Source of the DNA: Ostreococcus lucimarinus
Taxonomy: Eukaryota
DNA length: 64,000 nucleotides
Direction: 5' to 3' (one strand)
Assembly: GCA_000092065.1 (NCBI GenBank)
Contig: CP000586.1
Below the pieces are notes generated by a model that made no database searches, was not told the DNA's origin, and worked only from the letters and a program-made list of their open reading frames with translations. A program made the translations under genes and the position numbers. How positions within the stretch are numbered: the first letter of the stretch is position 1; every line of letters begins with the position of its first letter. Positions 8,652-16,428 of this stretch are shown in pieces.

Positions 8652-9365
8652 ATGACGCTCGGCGTCGCGCGCGCCGCGGCGCCGTCGCGCGCGCGCGCCG
8701 CGGTCGCGCGCGGTCGTCGCGCGGTCGTCGCCGCGCGTCGTCGCTCGGCCGTCGCGCGCGCGATCGTCGCGCGTCGCGCGCGCGAGGTCGTCGAAGTCGA
8801 CGCCGAAGTCGACGGCGGGCGAACGAACGCCGCGCGAACGACCGTGGCGCTCGCGCTGACGCTCGCGCTGACGCTCGCGACGCCGCACGCGGCGCGCGCG
8901 AGGGAGTTCTTCCCGCAGTCGCCGCCCGACGACCCGATCGAGCCGTTCAGCGTGTTCGGGACGGTGGAGAAGGCGTTCAGCGTCGCGGTGCTCGACGAGA
9001 GTGGGTCGAAAATCGTGGCGAGAAAACGCGGCATGAGCGTGAAGTCGTGCGTGAACGTGGTGCCGGCGTCGAGACAGGGGCCGAGAGGACCGCCCGAGGC
9101 GCTGAGACCGTCGGCGTGCGCGGAGGCGGAGGCGCTGGGGGAGATTCGGGAGCAGCGGGACATGTTGAAGGCGTGCGCGCCGGCGTGCAAGGCGTCGTGC
9201 TCGAGGGCGATCGCGGAGTACGACGAGGGACAGAGGAAGACGACGGGATTTGGGTTAGATGCCAAGGCAAAGGAGCGAGTGTTGAAAGCGTGCGTCGTGA
9301 CGTGCGGGAAGGATTGCGAAAAGGCGGGAAAGTCGTACGATTACATCATACCGTTTCGATTTTGA
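8652..9365 (+). CDS. Hypothetical Cys-rich protein. The N-terminus resembles a bipartite transit peptide, suggesting thylakoid-lumen targeting.
   Basis: ATG at 8652. The presequence is Arg/Ala-rich and is followed by a hydrophobic ALALTLALTLATPHAARA|REFF segment. The mature part is Lys/Glu-rich with CAPACKASC and CVVTCGKDC motifs. The overlapping antisense frame (the GatA ORF N-terminal extension) is Ser/Thr/Asn-rich and non-protein-like. Confidence 0.4.
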   Translation: MTLGVARAAAPSRARAAVARGRRAVVAARRRSAVARAIVARRAREVVEVDAEVDGGRTNAARTTVALALTLALTLATPHAARAREFFPQSPPDDPIEPFSVFGTVEKAFSVAVLDESGSKIVARKRGMSVKSCVNVVPASRQGPRGPPEALRPSACAEAEALGEIREQRDMLKACAPACKASCSRAIAEYDEGQRKTTGFGLDAKAKERVLKACVVTCGKDCEKAGKSYDYIIPFRF

Positions 9366-9396
9366 TTGGCGTCGCGCGCGCGGATTCTAGAAGCGT

Positions 9397-9401
9397 TGTA
9401 A
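9397..9401 (+). promoter_or_regulatory. Putative UGUAA poly(A) signal for the 8652..9365 gene.
   Basis: TGTAA lies 32 nt after the stop. This is a chlorophyte-type poly(A) signal. Confidence 0.35.
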
Positions 9402-9421
9402 ATCTATTAATATGCGTTGAT

Positions 9422-12345
9422 CTAAGGTTCGCGAGACGATTCGCTGGACGCTGAAAACTCCGCGAGCGCGGCAGCGTACGCCTCTTTCGCCGTCTTGGCA
9501 TCGCTCTCGTACTTGGCTTTGCGTTCTGGATCGAGCGAGGCCCACCGCTCGCCGAGCGCCTTGGCGACTTCGCCGACTTTAAAGGTTGGATTTTCCGCCT
9601 TGACTGACGCGCGTTCGTCCGCCGAGAACGCGAAAAAGGCCGTGAGCGGTTTTTTCATTCCTGGAACTTCCACCTTGGGCTTCGGCGCCTTCTTTGCCTT
9701 TGGATATTTGGCTTCCTTCTTTGCCTCTGGCTCCTTCTTCGGCTTTGGTTCCTTCGCCTTCTTCGGCTCCTTTTTCGCCTTGGTCTTTTTCGAAGCGTAT
9801 CGACCGCGCGTGCGCGGTGGGCGCTCGGCTTTTTTGCGCAACAATTCGACAGCTTCGTCGATATCGACGTTTTCGACCGCACCGACGCGCTTCAATACGG
9901 TTTTCCCGATGGATGCTCTGAGAACTTCGCCGGCGACTTCGGACGCGACGTACCAACCAAATGGGCCAATGTTGAGCGAAACGGGCGCCTGCGTCACCGG
10001 ATGCACACCAAGCACTTTGGGGTATTCAAACATCCCGATGGCTTCCGCGAGAGTGATCTTGTTGACGTCCTTGCCGATGTTTGCCACTCCGACGCGACGA
10101 GGTGCAGGCGGTTTCTTCGGTTTCTTTGCCTTCTTCCCATCCTCTGCCGGCGTCGCCGCCGCGAGCTCTTGAACGCCGAGTTGTAAATATGGGCCATAAG
10201 GACCAAGTCGGAGAGAAATTTCTTTTCCGGTCGCTGGATCAACGCCAAGCACCTTGGGATACATCACTGCGTCGGGATCTTCGACGGTGGCGACGAAATC
10301 TGGATCATCCGTGTCGCTCACGATGGCGCCTCGAATCGGATGCAACGGGTGCGTGAAGCCGCATTCAGGGTAGCGACTGCACCCAATGAATCCACCAGCT
10401 TTTGATGGCTTTAAACCAAGTCTGCCAATTTTACAGCTCGGGCATCTCCGTGCTTCGCTCACGACGTCGTCGGAATCGCTTAATTCGGCGACTTGATCCG
10501 GGTTGATGTGCACGTGGCCGTCATACGTCGCCTCGCCGAAGAGATGCTGCCCGAGCTTCTCATCGAGAGCGTCGATGACTTCGCTCACGCGCAGCTCCGA
10601 AAGCGACGATATTTTATCCCTAAACGGCGTCCACCACTCCTCGAGTAACGGTTTCCATTGTACTTGTTCGCTCGTGATGTCGTCAAGCTTGTGTTCCAAA
10701 TCCGCCGTGAAGCCGTAATCGACGTACGTCTCAAAGTAATTCGTGAGAAACGCAGAGACTAGACGACCGCGAGTCGTGGGAACGAGTGCGGCACCTTGCT
10801 TTGCGACGTACTCACGCTGCGCGAGCACCTTTAAAATCGGTGCGTACGTGCTCGGTCGCCCGATGCCTCGTTCTTCGAGCGCCTTGACGATGGAACCATC
10901 CGTGTAGCGAGGCGGCGGCGACGTTTTGTGCTCTGTCGCCTCGCACCCGAGACTCTCACCGTCAGTTTTCACAGACAAACCTTCGCCTTCACCAAGAATA
11001 GGTAACCACGCGTCGTCTGAAGGTGGCGCAGCTTCGGGTCTGGACGTTCGATACGCCGCAAGGAATCCCGGAAACTTGAGCCTGTGTCCGTTCGCCTTGA
11101 GCTTTAAGTCGTTCTCTGCGGAGGCAATTTCAGCCGCTATGCGATCGGTAAGCGCAGGTGACATTTGTGACGCCATAGTGCGCGCCCAAATCAACGCATA
11201 AAGTCTCGCTTCATCGCTGCCTGGTCCTATTTGCCGCGCAACTTGCGCGGGAAGCCGTCCAGCCTTGGTAGGTCGAATCGCTTCGTGCGCCTCTTGCGCA
11301 TTCTTTTGCTTCTTCTTAAAGTATCTGGGCGATTCAGGCACGTACTCATCACCAAAAAGCTCACCAGCGGTCGTACGCAAGCTTTCAATCGCATGTGGGG
11401 CGACGTACGTGCCATCTGTGCGCATGTACGTAATCAAACCTTCGCCCGTGCCCGCGCCCTCGTACAGTCGTTGCGCCGCCGACATCGTCCTCGACGCACC
11501 GAAACCGAGCTGCTTGTTCGCTTCCTGCTGCATCGTCGACGTCGTGAACGGTGGTCCACTCGTACGCTTGGCTTCGCTGTGCTTCACCTCCACCACCCGC
11601 AGCGTATCGCATTCTCGCACGCGCTTGGCGTACGCCTCGGCTTCGTCGTTCGAAGCGATGGTAAACTTTCCAAGCTTAGCGCCATCGACGTGCGTCAAAG
11701 CGGCGTCAAACGTAGAGCCGTCTTTTGAACTTAAACTCGCCTTCACCGTCCAATACGGCTCGCTCACGAACGCCTCCACCTCTTCCTCTCTTTCGCACAC
11801 TAATCGCAGCGCCACGCTCTGCACGCGACCCGCGGACAGGCTCACGCTCGACGGCAACTTACGCCACAGTAGCCCAGAGAGCGTGAATCCGAATAGATAA
11901 TCCAGCGCGCGTCGCGCCATGTACGCATCAACCATCGGAACGTTAATGTCCCGCGGAGAACCCACCGCGTCGAGCACCGCTGTTTTCGTAATCTCCCCAA
12001 ACGTCACGCGCTTGACGTCCAAGTCGTCGCGCAACAATTTCTTCTCCCGAAGCACCTCGAGCAAGTGCCACGAGATAGCCTCACCCTCTCGGTCTGGATC
12101 CGTCGCGAGCAGCAGCACATCCGTCTTCTTCAACGCCTCCGTGATGTCTCGCATCGCCGCCTTTTGCCTCGACGTCGACGTCCACGTCATCGCGAACGAT
12201 TCCTCCGGCCGCACGCTTCCCTGTTTATTCACCAGATCACGCACGTGCCCGTAGCTCGCCAGCACTTTCGCGTTCGCACCCAAATACTTCTCGATCGTCT
12301 TCGCCTTGGCCGGAGACTCGACGATCATGAGCGTCCGTTTCCCGT

Positions 12346-12385
<40 letters not shown>

Positions 12386-12604
12386 GCCGCTCGCGACCGC
12401 GCGCGCCGTCGCCGCCGTCTTCGTCGTCTCGCCCCATCCACCCTCGCGTCCTCCCCACGCGATCCCGCGCGTCGCGCGCGCGCCGACGCTCGCGACGAGC
12501 CGTCGCACGCCGCCCGCGCGCGCGCGCGCCGTCCACATCGCCGCCGACGACTGCGAATTCCCAACCGACTCCGCGCGCGACGCCGCGGCGCCACTCGCGC
12601 GCAT
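9422..12604 (-). CDS. TOP1 (topA-type): Bacterial-type DNA topoisomerase I (type IA, TopA-like). It has C-terminal Zn ribbons and Topo_C repeats, followed by a Lys-rich tail and an HMG box. It is probably organellar.
   Basis: The Toprim region TLMIVESPAKAKTIEKYLG...SYGHVRDL is present, with the active-site region downstream. A C4 ribbon reads CPSCKIGRLGLKPS...CSRYPECGF. The YPKVLGV...LGPYGPY repeat occurs twice. The tail KKTKAKKEPKKAKEPKPKKEPEAKKEAKYPKAKKAPKPK is followed by an HMG box (KKPLTAFFAFSADERASVKAENP...WASLDPERKAKYE). The start is uncertain: Met candidates lie at 12604 or 12538, and the ORF runs on to 12820. A T12 tract precedes the Toprim region. Confidence 0.7.
12348..12383. repeat. 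(GTC)12 microsatellite. It codes T12 in the topoisomerase N-terminal region and V13 in the antisense ORF.
   Basis: Perfect trinucleotide run read directly. Confidence 0.9.
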
Positions 12605-12764
12605 CAACCGCGCCCGCGGACGCGCGCCGCGCGCGGCGACCTCCCCGCGCGTCGCCGCCGCGCGCGGCGCCGCTCGTCCGCGCGGTGCGCGCGCGCGAAT
12701 GCGGCGAACGTCGCGACGCGCGTCGATTCGCGACTCGCCCGAACATCGCGACGCGCGCGCCGCC

Positions 12765-14114
12765 ATGTTCGACCGCGCGAGCGCGCGCGCGCGGCGCGCG
12801 AAGAAGTACGGCCAGCCCATCTACGCCGGCGCGTGGCTGGACGATCGCACCGCGCTCCTCGCCGGGGGCGGCGGGAAGAAGTCGAGCGGGATTCCGAATC
12901 GAATCTTGATCGCGTCGTGCGAGCGTGGCCCGCACGGAACGACGCTGGCGGACGCCGAGGCGTGGACGCACACGGACGAAGACGCGCCGCAGCGGCTGGC
13001 GGTGCACCCGGGGCGCGAACACGTGGTGTGCGCGTTCGGGGGGACGCTGGGGGTGTTTCGAGCGCGGCGAGGCGCGAACGACGGCGCGGACGAGGGCGCG
13101 TCGTCGTCGGGAACGAACGGGGAGGCGCGGTGGACGATCGAATCGTGCGCGAGCGCGTTGGGACTGCCGAATCGCGTGCACGTGACGCCGGATGAGCGGG
13201 AGATTAAGTGCGCGGCGTTCGACGCGGAGGGCGCGCGGTTGGCGCTGGGATTGGAGAGCGGGGAGGTAAAGATTCTAGCGTGGCCGTCGTTGGAGGTGGA
13301 GAAAGAGCTCGGGGCGCACGAGAAAGGGGCGGTGACCGATATCGCCTGGGCGCCCGACGGCGATGGGCTGTTGACGACGTCGGCGGAGAACGCGACGGCG
13401 AGTAACATCGGTCGCGGCGCCGCGGTGTGGAGCGTCGAGCGCGGCGAACGCGTGCTGACGTTGTTCGACGAGTCCATCGTGAAGAAGAGCGGGGTGCGGA
13501 ACGTGGTGTTTCGCGGCGCGGCGTACGGCCGAGGCACGAACGCGTCGACGAGCGTGGCGTGGACTGGGGTGAATCTAGACGGCGAAGGTTGGGTGGTGAA
13601 GTGGGACGTCGCCACGTGGAAAGTCATCAGCAAGGCGCGAGTGTTCAAAAGCGAGCCCATCTCCGGGTTCGCGGTGAACGCGCAGGGTACGCTCATCGCC
13701 GTCGGAAGCTCCGAAGGCGAAGTAAAAGTCGTGGACGCGCAAAAGTTTACGCTCATTAAACCGGTGAAGAAGGCGCACATGATTTTCGTCACCACCATGG
13801 CGTGGAATCCCAAAGGAAACGTCGTCCTCTCGGGCTCCGCCGACGCCAGCGCTTTGGCGACGAAGATCGAAAAGCAGTCATGGACCTTGCGTTTGGTGCT
13901 CTGGTTCACCGTGTTCGTGATGTTGATCGTCGGCTGGATAACGTTGCTGTCGACAATCTTCCCCGACCCGCTCGCGCGCGCGCTCGAAGACGGCGATTAC
14001 GCCCGCGCCGCGCAAGCCGTCGCCGACTATTTCAGCGAGACCAAGATCCCGGCCGCGACGTTAGAAACGATCGAGGACGCCGTCGCCGGCGTCTCCGCCC
14101 GCGACGAGCTTTAG
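12765..14114 (+). CDS. SEC12: Sec12/PREB-like guanine-nucleotide exchange factor for Sar1. It has a WD40 propeller and a C-terminal TM anchor.
   Basis: ATG at 12765 is in frame. The K-loop-like LLAGGGGKKSSGIPNRILIA is present. WD repeats are followed by a TM segment (WTLRLVLWFTVFVMLIVGWITLL) and a short lumenal tail. The listed ORF start at 12306 is antisense to the topoisomerase. Confidence 0.6.
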   Translation: MFDRASARARRAKKYGQPIYAGAWLDDRTALLAGGGGKKSSGIPNRILIASCERGPHGTTLADAEAWTHTDEDAPQRLAVHPGREHVVCAFGGTLGVFRARRGANDGADEGASSSGTNGEARWTIESCASALGLPNRVHVTPDEREIKCAAFDAEGARLALGLESGEVKILAWPSLEVEKELGAHEKGAVTDIAWAPDGDGLLTTSAENATASNIGRGAAVWSVERGERVLTLFDESIVKKSGVRNVVFRGAAYGRGTNASTSVAWTGVNLDGEGWVVKWDVATWKVISKARVFKSEPISGFAVNAQGTLIAVGSSEGEVKVVDAQKFTLIKPVKKAHMIFVTTMAWNPKGNVVLSGSADASALATKIEKQSWTLRLVLWFTVFVMLIVGWITLLSTIFPDPLARALEDGDYARAAQAVADYFSETKIPAATLETIEDAVAGVSARDEL

Positions 14115-14184
14115 GTTCGCGCTCCTTCGTCGTCGCGTCGCGCGCTGCGATACAAATACAATCTAATCCGGTCCCGCCGTTCGT

Positions 14185-14358
14185 CTACTTCCCCTCTCGC
14201 GTCTCGCTCGCGATCTCCTCCACGCTTCGCTCCAGCGCCTCGATCTTCTCCTGCATCTCGTCGATCTTCGTGATGATCGCGTCCGACATCGTCTGGAACC
14301 GTCCCTGCATCTGTTCGAGCAGCCCCTGCGTGAACGTCGCCAGCGCCTCGCTCGTCAT
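14185..14358 (-). CDS. HSBP1: Heat shock factor-binding protein 1 (HSBP1), 57 aa.
   Basis: [39 protein letters not shown] matches the HSBP1 coiled coil. ATG verified at 14358-14356. The listed ORF is extended upstream by GC-rich sequence. Confidence 0.65.
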   Translation of the reverse strand: MTSEALATFTQGLLEQMQGRFQTMSDAIITKIDEMQEKIEALERSVEEIASETREGK

Positions 14359-14624
14359 CGCGTCGTCGCCGGCGTCGCGCGTCATCGCGTCGCCTCGCGT
14401 CGGCGCGCTTCGCGTCGACATGCCGTTCGCGCGCGCGTCGCGATCGCGTCGCGATCTCCGCCGCGCGCGCGTCGCGACGACGTCCGTCGCCGCGCGAGGG
14501 TGTTCGCCAAACGAGGGTCGCGACGGCCCCGCGGACACCCGATCGCGCCGCCGACGGATCGATCGAACGATGGCGCGATCGCGCGCGATCGGCGCCGCAC
14601 CGCGCGACGCGAAGCGCTTCGACG

Positions 14625-15632
14625 ATGTTCGCTCGAGCGCTGCGACGCGCGTCGAACGATGCGATCGCGCGAACGCGCGCGCGCGGATACAAAGTCGCCG
14701 TCCTCGGCGCGGCGGGCGGGATCGGCCAGCCGTGCGGGTTGCTCATGAAGATGAATCCGCTGGTGACGGAACTGGCGCTGTACGACATCGCGGGCACGCC
14801 GGGCGTCGCGGCGGACGTGTCGCACGTGAACACGGCGGCGCAGACGAAGGGATACGCCGGAGATGGTGAGCTCGGGGCGGCGCTGAAGGACGCGGACGTG
14901 GTGATCATTCCGGCGGGCGTGCCGCGAAAGCCGGGGATGACGCGGGACGACTTGTTCGCGATCAACGGAGGGATCGTGAAGGGACTCGTGGAGGCGATCG
15001 CGGATAACTGTCCGAACGCGATGATTAATATGATCTCGAATCCGGTGAACTCGACGGTGCCGATCGCGGCGGAGGTGTTGAAGGCGAAGGGCAAGTACGA
15101 CGCGAGAAAGCTCTTCGGGGTGACGACGCTGGACGTGGTGCGAGCGAAGACGTTCTACGCGGAGAAGGCGGGCTTGGAGACGGCGAAAGTGGACGTCCCC
15201 GTCGTCGGCGGTCACGCTGGAATCACGATTTTGCCGTTGTTCTCTCAAGCGACGCCCAAGGCGAGCAACTTGTCCGAGGCGGATATCGACGCGTTGACCA
15301 AGCGCACGCAAGACGGCGGTACCGAAGTCGTCGCCGCCAAGGCTGGTAAGGGCTCTGCCACGCTTTCTATGGCGTACGCGGGCGCTTTGTTCGCCGACGC
15401 GTGCTTGCGCGCCAAGAATGGCGAAGCCAACATCGTCGAGTGCACGTACGTCGAGTCTAAGATCACCGACGCCGCGTTCTTCGCCTCCAAGGTGACGCTC
15501 GGCCGCGATGGCGTCGACACCATCCACGGTCTCGGTTCTCTCACCGCGTACGAGCAAGCCAACCTCGACGCCATGATCCCGCAGCTTCAAGGCGAGATCA
15601 AGAAGGGTATCGACTTTGTCAAGGGCGCGTAA
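14625..15632 (+). CDS. MDH: Malate dehydrogenase (NAD, mitochondrial/glyoxysomal type) with an N-terminal presequence.
   Basis: [14 protein letters not shown] is the NAD-binding motif. [17 protein letters not shown], the catalytic region and VVGGHAG are all present. Full-length similarity to MDH is clear. ATG verified at 14625. Confidence 0.85.
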   Translation: MFARALRRASNDAIARTRARGYKVAVLGAAGGIGQPCGLLMKMNPLVTELALYDIAGTPGVAADVSHVNTAAQTKGYAGDGELGAALKDADVVIIPAGVPRKPGMTRDDLFAINGGIVKGLVEAIADNCPNAMINMISNPVNSTVPIAAEVLKAKGKYDARKLFGVTTLDVVRAKTFYAEKAGLETAKVDVPVVGGHAGITILPLFSQATPKASNLSEADIDALTKRTQDGGTEVVAAKAGKGSATLSMAYAGALFADACLRAKNGEANIVECTYVESKITDAAFFASKVTLGRDGVDTIHGLGSLTAYEQANLDAMIPQLQGEIKKGIDFVKGA

Positions 15633-15742
15633 ACGAAGCGCTCTCCGCTTCTCAAACAATTTTGTTATTGACCGAATATTCTCATCAATGCAACGAATGC
15701 ATGCTATGCACTATTTTCTATCCGCACCGTCGCGCGCTGCGC

Positions 15743-16303
15743 TCAAACGACGTACAAGTACAGCTTGTTAAACGCCGAAGAATCGACGCCGCCCGCCGCT
15801 CGCTCGCGCGAGCTCGCGAAACTCTCCACGCGCGTCAACTTCTCCCCCCACGTCTCCTCGGGCATCTTGAACAAGTACGTCACCACCCTCGACCCTGGTT
15901 TCAGTTCTTTCAGCAATTTCGCCCCCAACTTCGCGTTTCCCTTGGGCAAGAGATACGAAAACACCACCGTCGCCTCGCTCGCGCTCGCGTCGAACGCGGA
16001 CGCCTCCTCGACGCGCACTAAATCCTTCTTCAACAGCGCGTTCGCGCGCGCCGCGCGTTCGCGCGCGACGGCGCACGCGCCGGGATCAATCTCGATCCCC
16101 ACGCTTCGTGCGCCGCGTTCGAGCGCCGCGGCGACGCACACGCGACCGTCGTTACACCCGAGGTCGTACACGATGTCATCGGGCGAGACGTCGGCGAACG
16201 CCAGCGCGCGCGTCACCATGAGGTCTGGAGTGGCGGATATCGGGCCGAGATCATCGGGTTCATCCATGCGCTCGCGACGACGCGCGGTGGTCGCGTCGGT
16301 CAT
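15743..16303 (-). CDS. Class I SAM-dependent methyltransferase (small).
   Basis: Motif I is VYDLGCNDGRVCVAAA. ATG at 16303-16301. Confidence 0.5.
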   Translation of the reverse strand: MTDATTARRRERMDEPDDLGPISATPDLMVTRALAFADVSPDDIVYDLGCNDGRVCVAAALERGARSVGIEIDPGACAVARERAARANALLKKDLVRVEEASAFDASASEATVVFSYLLPKGNAKLGAKLLKELKPGSRVVTYLFKMPEETWGEKLTRVESFASSRERAAGGVDSSAFNKLYLYVV

Positions 16304-16428
16304 GGCGCGACGACGACGACGACGACGCGAAGTGCGGGCGCGGCGCGGCGGTTGGAGCGGAATCGACTGCGGTATGAAAACAACAACACGAAATTTTGAC
16401 TAGTTTGTGCTCGCGCGTCGCGGGGAGA

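Noticed and set aside
5876-9265. Treating the 1129-aa ORF at face value as one protein from its listed start.
   Set aside because: The listed start is a TTG. The first ~215 codons are Ser/Thr/Asn-rich antisense of a better plus-strand gene (8652..9365). The start was moved to ATG 8617.
8099-9454. Long Arg/Ala/Gly-rich ORFs: 8099..9454, 12065..13195, 13802..14869, 17929..19614, 21512..22768, 24371..25609, 35107..36174, 43237..44121, 45373..46626, 49254..50279, 51018..51854, 56420..57325.
   Set aside because: They lie antisense to, or frame-shifted from, genes with clear homology. Their composition is RRRAR/GRG/poly-R low complexity, typical of GC-driven open frames. There is no domain signal.
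12306-12764. Poly-Val (V13) N-terminus of the Sec12 ORF.
   Set aside because: It is the antisense reading of the (GTC)12 repeat inside the topoisomerase gene. Sec12 homology begins after ATG 12765.
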